A stretch of 64,000 nucleotides of DNA from Pavona decussata (GCA_977016875.1 CDRNST010000323.1:930001-994000), one strand, 5' to 3'; shown: positions 11,534 to 24,370, counted from the first letter of the stretch. The notes: a model not told the origin generated them from the letters alone. Made by a program: numbers and translations.

Positions 11534-11606
11534 GGCTTGATAGCTCAGTTGGTAGAACACTGCACTGGTATCGCAGACGTCATGGGTTCGAGTCCCGTTC
11601 AAGCCT
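11534..11606 (+). pseudogene. tRNA-like sequence (Thr, anticodon GGT), probably the head of a tRNA-derived repeat/SINE
   Basis: 73 nt. Acceptor stem GGCTTGA/TCAAGCC, A box TAGCTCAGTTGG, anticodon loop CTGGTAT, B box GGTTCGAGTCC, T-run downstream. There are mismatches in the D and anticodon stems. Confidence 0.65.
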
Positions 11607-11811
11607 CAATTTTTTTCAGGCTATCTTTTCGAAACTGCTTGAGTTGCAGCAGTAGATAATTACGATGTTTGTATGAATGGTAAAACTGATCGCTCGGGAG
11701 ATGTCGGAGGACACAAGCTCTGCTGTTCAATCAGACTGGTGGATTATAAGATGATGTGAAAACAACAAGAATCTTTATCATACTATTTTAAAATTGATTA
11801 TTATTCGTTAT

Positions 11812-11962
11812 TAGACTGTTCACAGTCCCCCTATTTTTCCGTGGGATTCTCGAGACCGGTACGCTTCGATGGAGCTGCCGCCATCTTGGTTTGTAAAAGC
11901 GAGCGCGATATGGGGAGAGTGTCTAAACTACCGAGGGGAAGGGAGCGGAGTTGGGAGGCAGC
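11812..11962 (+). mobile_element. Isolated terminus of the TAGACTGTTCACAG TIR family (same as 13519)
   Basis: Near-identical to 13519-13665. Confidence 0.8.
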
Positions 11963-13157
11963 TAGATCCTAAAGATTTAAAACCGTACACCGAAAAATCA
12001 ACGACTGAACTGTCTTTTGTCAAAGTATCAGAGGATTTGAAACACTACCGGTCAGCTTTTTTTCATGCTGATTTTGGATTATTTTAGACTTTTGCGTGAT
12101 AGAGAAAAGTGTGTCTACTTCATCCGAGCTCAGTTCGCTCACAAACGAGCAGAGATGAAAATAATTACTATGTTTCGATTAAGGAAGAATCAATGTATTA
12201 AATTATTCTAAAGAAATTAAAGATTCACAGCTATGTAAATGGCTGTGTGGCGAAAAACTGAAAAATGTAAAATTTCGAGTTCTCACGTGGTGAAAACTGA
12301 GCTTCCGGTAGGGTGACCGTTTTTGGCGGTTTTCTGCCGTTATATGGAATATTTCAAAAAACTAACCTTATATCCTTTACTTACTCACCTAGGCCTTCAA
12401 ACTGACAAAGTATGAGCGAAATCGATTTTTTGACCGTGGCCACGATTTCTTTGATTTTTACTGACATTAACTCTTAATTCCTTCTGAGTAAGTCTGTAAA
12501 GGTCAGCCATTGTGCAATCAGTGCTTTGTAGGTTGATCATCATCATCAGATGACTGAATGGGAGTAATATTATTGCAAGTCTCGTAGTAAAATCGTAAAG
12601 CAAGTGAAAACCTACGCATTAGTTTAAAAATGCTATTTTTTGCAAAAAATTCAGCTGATGAACCGATCCTCAGGCAGTGCATTGTCAGCAAACGAATGAA
12701 AGAAGTAGAGTTATCCACAGGAATGTTAAGTGATTGTCCCATTTTAAATCAAAATGTGTCATTACCCAATTACCAGACCTGACCTTAGCGTTTGTAAAGT
12801 CATATTAAGTTTTACCTTCTCTGTAAAGAAAACCTAAACACGCTTTTGTATCCTCAGAGCTCCTGATAAAATGTTCCCAGAACCAAACCCAGTTTGAAAC
12901 CAAAACGGCCTCATTTGAGCCATCATCAAAACACATAACAAATAACACGAAATGCCTACTTTACGAGCCGGAATGTTTACCTGTAATCCATCTAAAGCGG
13001 CGTAAAGTTTTTTTTTTTTTTTTCTGGACCGTCAGTTCTTGTCGGCTCAAAGTTCATTTGTGGTATTTACCTTTAGGGAGGCTGGGACTATCCCCATTAC
13101 CGGAAACCTACACGGGCACCTCTACAAGTGGCGTGATTTTGCAGCTTTTTGCTCTGA

Positions 13158-13222
13158 AAATGGATATAAATGGATATAAATGGATATAAATGGATATAAA
13201 TGGGTATAAATGGGTATAAATG
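13158..13222. repeat. 10-bp tandem repeat (TGG(A/G)TATAAA)x6
   Basis: Directly visible. Confidence 0.95.
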
Positions 13223-13518
13223 TGAGCAATTCTGAAAGCGGGGATTGATTTACTTACGTGGACGGATAGGAGTTCCGAGGCCCGGCAGTACTGCAACCTC
13301 ACTAAAAATTCTGAGGAATACCCCTTCCCCCGCTCGTACTTTTATTACTGTTTATTTATTTGCTTTTTGCAGAGAAATCCCGAGTGTTAGGTAATTTCTT
13401 TTTCATTAACCGTTTCCCATATGATTTTTACAACTTTATTTGTTTGGAAACCTAAAACAGGAAGTCCAATTACTCTCACTTTAAACATTCCATCACGCGT
13501 TCAAAAATCAGGATCAGC

Positions 13519-14738
13519 TAGACTGTTCACAGTCCCCCTATTTTTCCGTGGGATTCTCGAGACCGGTATGCTTCGATGGAGCTGCCGCCATCTTGGTTTG
13601 TAAAAGCGAGCGCGATCTGGGGAGACTGTCTAAACTACCGAGGGGAGGGGAGTGGAGTTTGGAGGCGGCGGGAAAAATAGGGAGACTGTAACAGCTTCTC
13701 ACTGTCTCGTGTTCGAGGCTTTGTCGCCTCGACTAATTGAATCAAACAAAAAATATACTCCCCAGAGATAAACATGTCAAATTGAAGGAAATACGATAGT
13801 ACTGTTTCTGTACCATTTCGAAACAAAGTACAGTTGCGAAATAAAATGAAGTTGCGAAAGTCTTTCGAGTGTAGGCTTGAAAATACAGTACAGTACATCA
13901 GCTATTTGCAGAGTGAATTTCAATACAAGCGGAACACATGCAGTGAAGCAAACAGCGAAACCTTCAGATACATGCCGCATATTTTGTAACATTTATTTTA
14001 AAATAGCAGTCGGCGATTTCGGGAAGAAAAACAAGTACATTTCCACAGAAAATTTGTTTAAGATCCCGGAAAGAGCTGGAGTTGCCAGCATTCCTCTAGC
14101 CGATCTTTTTAAAGCACATCGATCTTGGAGTTGAAGTGGATCCACAAGATGGGAAATCTTCACGTCTTTGCAAAAGCGCTTGCGAGGAAAGCCACGATCA
14201 GCAACGTTTCAAGCGCTTTGTGTGTGTTGTTTCGCCCCAGAGAATTGTCAAAAAAAGTCGTCCCTACAGTTCGCCATCTACTTCAAAGCAGTCCAAAGAG
14301 ACGGAAAACTGCAGTCTGCCGCCTGCCAAACGTCCGCTGATTTTCAACTATCAGACCTCCGAGCCGACGAGACAAACGATAAAAATCAAAACATTCCCCA
14401 CGATCTTCACATTACACGCCAGCCGTATCCCCTTTTAGAACCAGCGGTGAAAGATACGTCAGTCATGCTGTCAACGCTTCAGAACTACTATTGTCTAATT
14501 GACCAATGAGGTGTTGCCGTTGCTGGTGCAACGGGCCTTTGGAACGCGAGACGGTGAGAAGCTGTTACAGTCCCTCTATTTTTTCGCTTCCCATCCCCAA
14601 CTATACTAACACCCACTCCCGCTTTAGACACTCTCCCCAGATCGCGTTCGCTTTTACAAACCAAGATGGCGGCGGTTCCATCGAAGCATACCGGTCTCGA
14701 GAATCCCACGGAAAAATAGGGGGACTGTGAACAGTCTA
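13519..14738. mobile_element. 1.22-kb non-autonomous TIR DNA transposon with a frameshifted Cys-x2-Cys (ZAD-like) coding remnant
   Basis: Inverted termini over 100 bp (TAGACTGTTCACAGTCCCCC.../...GGGGGACTGTGAACAGTCTA). GGATCAGC is duplicated on both sides (8 bp, or 10 bp if the terminal T/A is counted). Internal ORF pieces read KPSDTCRI.CN...YISTENLF...DGKSSRLCKS.C. Confidence 0.85.
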
Positions 14739-14827
14739 GGATCAGCTGACAAGCTTGTAATCTGAAATTTAATCTGTAGACTAGCGCTTTAGAAAGGTAA
14801 TTGATTTTGTACTTCATCGAGGAAAGT

Positions 14828-16528
14828 ATGAGCTCGATTATCACAGCCGTGTTCAAAGCTACTTTCGGTTTACTCGTGAATAAAGCCAGGGATAAGGCCG
14901 CCGAAAAGTTAAAAGAGGGTGATGTGACGGATAAAAAAATCCGAGACTTGATCCAACGTGAAATCGACGATATCAAGTCTAAGTTGGATGGATTGTCAAG
15001 AAAGGATCTTCTGGCAGCCATAGATGCTTTTGAAGCAGGCGTTAGGTATCTGTATCAAGCTATGGACGCAGATAGTGATGCAGCAATGGCAGGAGCAAGA
15101 GAAAGAGGCCATGAAGCTTCATCCACACCTACCGTAAACACAGTAGCTCTTGCTACAGAAATGGGCAAAATGGAACTGACTGAGCTCAAAGAAAAAACGA
15201 AAATGGCGCTTTTTCAATCGAAAGAGCGGTTCAAAATGGCTCGAGAAGAAGCAACTCGTGCCTTCAACAATGAAGCTCTGAGTACGTTGGACCGCATCAA
15301 AGCTATCCGATATCGCGTCATGGCGACAATGTTAGAGTCAGCTGTGGAGACTGTGGGAATTGCGGCCGACTTATCATCCTTATCTGTCAGGAGTGCTTTA
15401 GAAAATGCACTACCAGAGTGCGAACAATGCCTCCAGAAACTCAACTCTTTGCCCGATGTTCAGAACAACTTTAAAGTGGAGCTCGAGAAAGGCCTGCTAA
15501 ATGTCAAGGGCTGGTTTAAAAAAGATGAACGAAGAGAAATAATTGGCGCTGTCTGTCAGGTAAATCGCGCAATCTACGACGCCACACAAGCGACCGGTAA
15601 AAATGGAGATATCATGAACTGTCCCTCTGTTGATACTGAAGGTGACATAATTGATCCTCTGCGTGACGAACGAGTTGCAGAAGTATTGCGCAAAGTTGGC
15701 ATGGAGCACTGCTGTGTCACACCATGGTCATTTGGTCAGGAGGGTGAAGAGAAACACAAGCTGAAGAATCCTAAGGGTATCGCTACAAACGCAGATGGAC
15801 AGTTTGTTATAGCAGACTATGTGGTTGTGAAAGTGTTTGACAGCAGCGGAAAGTTTGTTTTTCAATTTCACCCTGAAATTAATGACACTGGGACGGGCTT
15901 TAGAGTTCTTGGTGTCGCCACTGATTTGAACAGCAGCATCTATGTACTTGTCAGGCAGGGGCTTGGGGATGAGTGGGAAGTTCAGGTGTTCAGTCATACC
16001 GCTGACCTACTACACAAGTTTCCTGTGAGGGGAGGGGGTGAGGGCGGGGGTGGACTAGCAGTCACCAATAAAAAAGTGGCAGTACTGACAAAAGGGACTG
16101 ATGTGCATTTGTACGAGCATGAGGGGAGATATGTACACAGCTTTGAAGAAGGGATATTGAAGTGTGCATGGGATATCACTGCTAGTCCTGATGGCCAGGT
16201 CATGATACTGGACAGGTATGGTTCCTCTGTGTTCATATTCACCGAGGATGGTGAACAGCAGCGTAAATTCAACATTAACTTAATTTGGTACTGCCTCATT
16301 GGATGTCATCCATCTGGTGAATTTGTTGTCGTCGCTGGACGGGAACCAGGAACAGCGCACCTGTGTGTGGCAATATACACCAAAGATGGTGAGTGCGTGA
16401 GGAGAATAGAACTAAATGAACAAGTGTATCATTTTGAAATCATGAGAGGGATGACAGTGAGCATGGAGGGTCACATTGCTGTGGCTGTTCAAGATATTTC
16501 CGGTAATCGCAAGGTAATTGTTCTGTAG
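14828..16528 (+). CDS. Helical N-domain (subtype A) + NHL-repeat protein, copy 2 (566 aa)
   Basis: The ATG at 14828 aligns with the paralogue starts (MSSIITAVFKAT). The track's TTG start at 14801 is unlikely in a eukaryote. Confidence 0.9.
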   Translation: MSSIITAVFKATFGLLVNKARDKAAEKLKEGDVTDKKIRDLIQREIDDIKSKLDGLSRKDLLAAIDAFEAGVRYLYQAMDADSDAAMAGARERGHEASSTPTVNTVALATEMGKMELTELKEKTKMALFQSKERFKMAREEATRAFNNEALSTLDRIKAIRYRVMATMLESAVETVGIAADLSSLSVRSALENALPECEQCLQKLNSLPDVQNNFKVELEKGLLNVKGWFKKDERREIIGAVCQVNRAIYDATQATGKNGDIMNCPSVDTEGDIIDPLRDERVAEVLRKVGMEHCCVTPWSFGQEGEEKHKLKNPKGIATNADGQFVIADYVVVKVFDSSGKFVFQFHPEINDTGTGFRVLGVATDLNSSIYVLVRQGLGDEWEVQVFSHTADLLHKFPVRGGGEGGGGLAVTNKKVAVLTKGTDVHLYEHEGRYVHSFEEGILKCAWDITASPDGQVMILDRYGSSVFIFTEDGEQQRKFNINLIWYCLIGCHPSGEFVVVAGREPGTAHLCVAIYTKDGECVRRIELNEQVYHFEIMRGMTVSMEGHIAVAVQDISGNRKVIVL

Positions 16529-17038
16529 AGTAAGTGATACTAAAAGAACAAATCAGCAATTTCTGTTGGTGAAAAAGAAACTGCTATTAGTTTTATGACA
16601 ACAATTAAGTTATTTATCCTCGGCACAATTCAGGATTATCAAGTGACTGTGAAGACATCCATTACTGCTTAGCTATCGACTGTAACAGTAACTACGTTTA
16701 CTGATGTTTACTTTTGAGTTTTTTTTTTCTTAGAGTTGTAATGTATAATTCAATATCATCTGTGATGAAGAAAACTTACGAAAATATACAAGTTAATAGC
16801 ATAAAGAGTGTAGGTTTTAATATTGAGGGTGTATTCTTTTAGGGCAGTTCTGGTTATTCTTATTGTGGTTCAGGAATTAAACAGAATAGACAGAATTTTA
16901 TTTCTGCAAAGAATGCAATTCTGCCTATTTTTGTCTATTCCTTGTATTCCTATTACAGAATTCTCCCAAAAGAATGCTCCCCGAGTCACCTTGACACTCA
17001 GTGTAATCCGGTTATTAATCTTATGAGAATGCTGAGAT

Positions 17039-17606
17039 TTTTTTTTCACACGCTTTATTTAAATACGCAAATTATACACTTAGGTTGCTTACACTTATAT
17101 AAATTACATACACTTATACAGTATTTGAATTTTACATAGTACTTTTCTGTTAAGTAATAAAAGAGAAAAAAAAAGACACAACTAAGTAATCGAGAAAAAG
17201 AAAAGAAAAGAAGAGAAAATTATTAAGATAGCAAAAGAAGTTAAACAAAAACTACAAAATTGAGGTAGTATGCATCACCTTACATATGAAAGTTAAGAAA
17301 AAATGCATCACATCACTCATTTTGATTGAGAGCAGAAATTCCATTTAAGCACATTTTTCTAATTTCCATTGAATAGTAAGTTTGTTTGCAAGTTCATCTA
17401 AAGGCAATTCTTTCTGAAGGTGTTTAGAGGAGTAGATATATTGTTTGACCAAGATGATGAACAAATCTAGCCTGCGTCTTTCGGGGTCCGAGAGCATTCA
17501 ATAAAGGTGTGTTCTATTGAATCAGCACTAGAGCAATATATACATTTATCGTTATTCGCTAAATGAAATAGTTTGAGTTCTCTCCTCGTTACAGTTATTC
17601 TATGCA
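17039..17606 (-). mobile_element. 5'-truncated L1/Tx1-clade LINE with 14-bp TSD
   Basis: GAGAATGCTGAGAT duplicated at 17025-17038 and 17607-17620. Poly(A) tail and AATAAA on the minus strand. Minus-strand LHRITVTRRELKLF...CIYCSSADSIEHTFIEC is the ORF2 C-terminal CCHC knuckle. Absent from the other units. Confidence 0.85.
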
Positions 17607-18659
17607 GAGAATGCTGAGATGGCAATTAAGGTTTGATAGTTATATATAGAACCTTTTTATTTTAACTTTGCCTGGCCTTTGTAATGTAGACGTTCAGAGA
17701 GTTTTTATAAAAATGGTAACTAGTTATTTTGCTGCTTAATGCAGTAATGTTGCTGTTATTTTAAACTCATGGAGGAGCCTTGAAAATAGCGAATCAAGCA
17801 GCACAACTTTTCATTAGCTGCTTATGTTTTTTGACCTGTTGTATGGCAAAGGATGCCGGAATTTCTCATCTTTTTGAGCTATTTTTATTTTAGTTTTCCT
17901 CTCCTGATAAGTGATTATATTTTTGACAAACTATTTTCATATTGGCACTGGCAACTGATAAATTCTTTTCCTTACTAAGTAATTTGTAGTATTGTCAAAA
18001 TTATAATTAATTTACATCTGCTTACAAGTATGAATATTAAAAAAACATTTTAAAAGTTTCCCGGGACTAGATTGACAGCTCCACATGCAACTATTATCTA
18101 AGGCCAATCAGACATTAGCGACACTTGACTGTTTTGGAAATTTTTCCCATTTTACTTTGCCTCAACAACATCAACATCTTTCCCACCAGTTGTTCATTAA
18201 CAAAATCTCTCCCTCCCCCTCTGTTAAATGTTGAGGATTTACACTTGTTGATTTGTCTTTGCCCTCGCCATTGTAATGGAGAGATCAGAATGCGTAGGAG
18301 TAAAATCATGTCTGCATATTGGCCCAAGCGAGGCCTCCATTCCAAACAATTTGGCCAAGATTGTATAATGAAAATATGCTTACATTTTGGGGATATTTAA
18401 TCAGATCCTTAATGATTGATTTTAAAATACATGTACATGTAGTTGATATATAATTTATATATTGTGGACTCTTAATTTCTTATTTTTATTCTCCACAAAA
18501 AATGTACTCACTTATCAAGTTATCAATAGTGACCGGTGCTAATGTAATACAGTTTGTAGCAAGAGAATCATTTATTTAAGTAATGTGGCTTTCTTAAGGG
18601 CTTGAAAGAATTTTGAGACCACATGATTGCATTTCTGTTGAAACAACAAACAGTCTTAA

Positions 18660-18861
18660 CCGTTTAACCCCTAATATCAAAGAACAAATTCTCCTATCTT
18701 GTTCCCATACTTTTAGTATAAAAGTACTGGGGAGAAGTTACTAAAATAGGAAGACAATTTCCTTGGGTGATCATATCGTAATTCTCATGACCTTAGGGGT
18801 TGAATAAGCATTGATGCTACAAGAAGAAATTTGATGCTGATCACTGTTAGGACTTAAAGGG
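18660..18861. mobile_element. piggyBac-type MITE in a TTAA site (shared with unit 5)
   Basis: TTAA|CC(G)TTTAAC...TTAAAGGG|TT(C)A; the empty site CAGTCTTAAAT is seen in units 1 and 4. Confidence 0.8.
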
Positions 18862-19988
18862 TTCAATTAATGTAATTCAACCACTGGTCAGAAATATCAA
18901 TTTTTATTAAAGTGTATTTACTAGTTTATGATCTTGTGTTATCACAGTGACTGTGTATATGAACACAGCTGATATCAGCCTTTTTACTAGAAGGAGGTCA
19001 TGTCAGCAGTCTAGGGAGTGTGGAAAAACTGTAAAGTGTTTGTTTGAGTTGACATAAACATTTAGCTCCCAAATCTACTCAGGTTAGATCGTATAATTTA
19101 ACAGCTCACACAAGTTTGTAAATTGAAGCGTTTTCGATATTACAGTAAAGTTTTACTGGAATATTTGTTTTGAAGCATTACAGGGTAAGTTATTTGGCAT
19201 TAAAACTTCCCATTTTATTTTCTGGTTTATTTTTACATTTTCACATTTGAGTTTTATTCTCCAGATGGAAATATTTCCTTTGCTATCAACTTCATAGACA
19301 AAATTATGATCTTTTTTTACAATAAATTTTTTTGTTTCTTTACTCCTCCCCTTATCCCTCCTCTGACAACCTGCTATATAGTGGGGTGTAAGAGAATCCT
19401 CTTTATCCTTAAAGAAATGCTACAGCGGCTTAGGTTTAATGTACCTATCAATGTTAAGCCTCAGGGTGGGGGGGGGGGGGGGCTTTCTGCGGGAATTTCA
19501 TTCAGAGACCCTTCCCTTCCCCTTCTACTCTTATTGTGCATGCTTGATTGACTACAAAAGCTGATTAATATTCATGTTTTTTTGTGACATGTGGTACCAC
19601 CAAGTTAGTGTCAGGGAATCTTGTCCACTATCCTTACATGTATGCCCTGAAGATGATGCTATTCTCTGGGACTGTATTTCTTGCATTTGCAGTGAAGACC
19701 ATGTGAGGTTAAAAAGCAATTAATATATCCTTCCTATCCTTCATATTACCAGGACTTGACTCTCATGGAAACAGTTAACCAGGGGCGGGAATTTGATATT
19801 CAGTAGGTGCCTGGGGGTGGAGAATTTGACTCTGGCTTCCATGAAACTGTCAATTTCCCTTGGGTCTGCCTTCCTCCTTCCCCCTCCCCCCCTCCCCCCC
19901 CTTCCCTGGGGCTAATTAAACATTGATAGGTGCATAATAACATCTGAACTGTTACACGTCAGTATTTCATCCACAAACTGTAAAGTAA

Positions 19989-20466
19989 GGGCCTTTTCTG
20001 TGATACCAGAATGAGTTTCATTCCGCAATTGGTTTTATTCCAGAATGAAGTTCGTACTGCATTTACATGACAATATCTTACCTTTTTTCCTAGTCTGAAG
20101 TGTCAGCCGTCTCCTTCCACTAATCCGCAGGGGTGGGAGGAGACGGCTGACATTTCAGACTACTTTTTTCCAGCAAATATTTTCCTCGCCTGCTGCACCT
20201 TCGTTGTCCGCCATCTTCAAAACGATACGCATGTGCCACCCGCCACAGACTACACCGTTTGCGATTTCATCTACCTCAATAAAATGTCATACCAGAAAGA
20301 GAGTTTTATTCGGATTGAAAACTGGAATGAACTCATTCAGGAATGACTCGTACAGGAACGAAACTTGGTCTCGGTGTCATGTAAACAGGTACAGAGAAAC
20401 ATATGGAGATGGAATGAACTCGTTCAGGAATGAAAGTCATTCTGGTATCATGTGAACACTGGGCAC
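19989..20466. mobile_element. PIF/Harbinger-like MITE (the same element is at 29316-39023, where it hosts the DIRS)
   Basis: TGATACCAGAATGA(G/C)TTTCATTCC subterminal inverted repeat; TAA at the left flank; empty site GTAAAGTTAGAAC in units 1 and 4. Confidence 0.7.
20091..20162. mobile_element. 72-bp micro-MITE with 9-bp TSD
   Basis: TAGTCTGAA.TGTCAGCCGTCTCCT inverted arms; CTTTTTTCC duplicated at 20082-20090 and 20163-20171. Confidence 0.85.
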
Positions 20467-22890
20467 TCAGAACCTCATGAGTGAAGCAAGATTTGACCTT
20501 CCGGTTAAAACGAGCATTCACATTTTTTCCCACCGAGAACCCATGGGGTGAAACAGAGGCGATGCCGTAATTTACACATTTTTTTTTTCACAAAATATGT
20601 CTGGTTTTGAATAAGTTTATTCTCGAAAAGGTCAACATGGTTTCTAGGAATCAGCAATGTTCGGATGACCATGGGATCAGGAGCAAGTCACGCTATTGGT
20701 CTGAGAAAACTTTAATAATTTTCGGTCCAATTTTAATCAGCTATTACCTTGGCCGAGTGAATGAAAGGAAAAACATGACTTGGTGAAAATTTATATTAAG
20801 AGAAATTTATGAATAGCAAACAGAATCAAGAATCGCGTCTTACTGATGTTCGGAAATATGCAATAAAAATAGTTTTTCTTAGAAAAGCGGAAGCTGTCGT
20901 CACTGTCATCTGAAGGCATCAGGGGAATCCCCCAATTAAAGGGCTCCAGATCACCGACCGTGAAAATAGTTGAACACTGAATGAAACACAAACAACGACT
21001 TAAACACCGTTAACATTCTTCCTTGTTTTACTCGCAAAAGAATAAATATGATGAACACGACTAAAACTCGACTGAGTTAACAATGAGCGCAAAATTCATG
21101 CCATTCTGGTAAAAGAACAGCAGAACCGATTTAGCCTAACAGTTTTCTGTTAATGATCGTTATCCATTAAACAAGCTGATCCCTTTCAGACAAAGAGGCT
21201 GCAGAACCTAAATATCTTGATCAGTTTATTAATAAGGTAAACGTTAATAGAGCAAAATCGTTCAGTTTTGGAATTTCTGGGCTTATGCCTTTGCCGTTGA
21301 TTGCATCGAAGACTGTTCCGCTTAGAAAACGTTTCTGCTCAAGTTATGGCCGTGTAGAAGTGAGTCACAATTAGATTGTTTACGATAGTTCCTTTTAACC
21401 ACAAAATTTCCTTTTTATAGTACCTCAACCTATCTATAGACAGTTTAGTAGTCTTTTTGAAAATACACAATGTAAATACTATCGAGGTATGTAAAAAGCA
21501 GCCAGCTCTCTGCTAGACCGGTTACGCATGCAATGTTATGGTAAATAATAACTAAACCAAGTTTAGTCATAACTCTTCTTTTCAAGAACTCTATAATCCA
21601 GGTACCTTCATGTTAAGGTTACGGAAGTTCGGAACCAGAAAAACCAAGAGTCATATTAACTCCATGTTAGTCTCAGTGAGAGAAAAGCTCATAAGATTTC
21701 ATCTTTAATACAATCAGTGTATTTAATCCAAATCATATCGATATAATCTCCATCCCGGAGTTTACGGAAAGTCCAGACTCCGGTTGCATAAAGCATCTGA
21801 AGATAAGTAGTTCTCACTAAAGTGTTTTCTGTTACCCAGTGCACCTTTAAGGCCTGCCTTTTTTTCATCGCCCCCTTTAAAAGCCATCAGTCCACAATTT
21901 AGCAAAAAAGAACAGCAACTGACAAACTGAAAAAAAGAAACAAAAACGAGCAACAACATACAAGAGTATAAGTATCCTTTAATTAGTCCCAAAAGAAGAA
22001 GAATCATTTTCACCCTACGGAGGAAAATTTTCACCGTGTCAGAGGAAAACTCGACTCTTAATCTTCCACCAAGAACATACTATACTTCTTTGTTAAGGAG
22101 AGTTAATAAGGTTCCGGCGATCATGCTGATTCTACTGCTTTTTGGAGAGCTGGGACGAACGTAAAGCCCTGACCCTACGCATACCGAGTCAAGGGAGTCA
22201 AATGGACAGGCCACCTAGTTGTTTTGGTGTTTCTAAAAAAGAGGCTCGGGGCACTTTCTATTTGGTCAGTTTTTTTTTAAACGCACGGTTCAAACCGACA
22301 TTTCCCGACACATACGGACGACCTTGTAAGGTACTTCATGTTTTCCGTTCCAACTGGTCACGATGGAAATCATCGTCCCTTTGCGCAAAATTTCTTTTTC
22401 CACCTTTTTGTCTCAGTCTAAGGCCATCATTGCGCCATGAAGTCGGTTTTTGTCCTACGAATGGGATTGCAAGTTTGAGAACGGGGAAAAATGAAGAAAT
22501 GAAAATTTATCATTACGGAAAGCGACCTCGGGCACCTTATCTGCTTTGCCGATCAATATGTGATTGTACAAACCTTTTGACTGATGGATATACCCGAGAC
22601 AGGACCCTTTTCTTGTCTACCTGAATTGTTAAATACAGGCCCTCCCAAATGACTGAAATGATGCCATATTGAGAGTGCGCTTGTAATTTTTTTGTTGCTG
22701 TTGAAAACACCAAATACGCTGATGTAAGAACATAAGGTTTTTTTAGTCCATTTTTCGTCTCCCATGAATCTTCCATTTTCTTTTCGTTTCTCGTTTCATT
22801 CGCATTCTTCTCGAAGCTAAAAAAACTCTTGTTTCATTGTTGTTATAATTACAAAACTACTTAATGATTTCCGTCATAAAAAACCATTCA

Positions 22891-23544
22891 TAGGTGGCGG
22901 AGCAGGGGGAGTCTGTAGCCACCTCAAACAAAAATTGGGAGCCCAGCCCCACCCTCCCCCCCCCCCACCCACCAAGTTTTGGTTCCGAAAATATCGCAAG
23001 CGCACCATAAAATTGGCAAAATATTCAATCTCGTGATCTTTTCACAAATCGTTTTACCAGCATCTCGCCTGGCATGTTATAAAACGTTTGATGCAGTAAG
23101 AACTGCGCTACCCGAAGTACGTCGGATTACAAATATACGGACCATGTGAGAGGCTTTCAACAAAACTCCTGTCACCAAAACACTGTTAGGAGTAGTACAC
23201 AAACTCTTACGGTGTTTTTTATTTATTTATTTCACGTTGCTAGTTAGCATCTGCGACTTCAGAGCGCACATTTTCTGCCCTCAGACGACTCAAGAACTAT
23301 CTAAGAAGCACCATGAAGCAGGACCGCCTGTAGTGAACAACTGCCTACTGATGCATTGTCGCAAATCGATTACGGACACACTAGACACTGTAAAGATTGC
23401 AAAGAGGTTTACTTGTGTCAACGAACAACGCAAAGGGCATTTTGGGAAATTTGAGTAGGGGGTATGTGCATGGCTGGGTGAAAGATGAGCCCACCCACCC
23501 CCCCCCCCTCCTTTCCAGACTTTTCAAAACGCTCCGCCCCTCTG
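22891..23544. mobile_element. Degenerate hAT-like non-autonomous element
   Basis: GGCGGAGC...GCTCCGCCCC inverted ends; the insertion is absent from the homologous spacer of other units; TSD unclear. Confidence 0.45.
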
Positions 23545-24370
23545 CCATTAGATGTATATTGAGCTTCATTTTTTAAAATGATATCAAAAGTTGCTTACAA
23601 CTTGATACTTAATAGTTCACTTCGAGTATTGGACTCGCTAGCCAAGGGGAGTCTGTAATAATCCCACTCAATCCAGGGGTGAAGAGAGCTTTAAAAGAGA
23701 AGGAACATTTTGTGAATTTTATGTTAAGTTTGTAGGAAGAAAAGCTCAACCTCCCCCTCCCCAGTTTACCCTTCCATGATCTTGAATTCTTAAACAAAAT
23801 ATTTGCCGCCGGCAAAAAGCAATCAAATCAAATTTAGCGTCCAAATGAACAACGTCTCACTTAACGCTCTGTTCCATTCTTTCTTGGAACATTTCACTCT
23901 GTGACCGTACTTCCGTGAAGTAATAGGGGGCATGGGTAAAAATCTGTGACTAATACTCTAATCTACTTTTAAAGTAAAAATATAATAATGTTAAAATTAA
24001 TAACTGGATGATGGCGATGATGACGATTTGGAGGCTTATTATTTTCCAAACTGTAAGTAAAACTTTTGTCCTTTCCTCCTGGTCCCATTATCCACGCATC
24101 CGCTTTTCCGAAATTATCAGTTTTATTTTAATAACAGCTAAAGTTAATGTACACATGAAATAATAAACGATATACATGTGACTGCGAGTGTAAAAGATTA
24201 CAAACAACAATTGCAAATTCTTCGCAGTAAATCGGCAATCTAGTCTATAATCATGTCAGGTTTTCTAACATTTTTATATTTTTTTAACATTTGTAAGTTT
24301 TTAAAACATAACGTAGTTTTTTTTTCTCAGTCTGCAGGGCCCCACTGAATATCACTTACGTGAAGTGGGC

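Noticed and set aside
14488-15021. 177-aa minus-strand ORF
   Set aside because: Chimera of the antisense of copy 2 and a transposon TIR.
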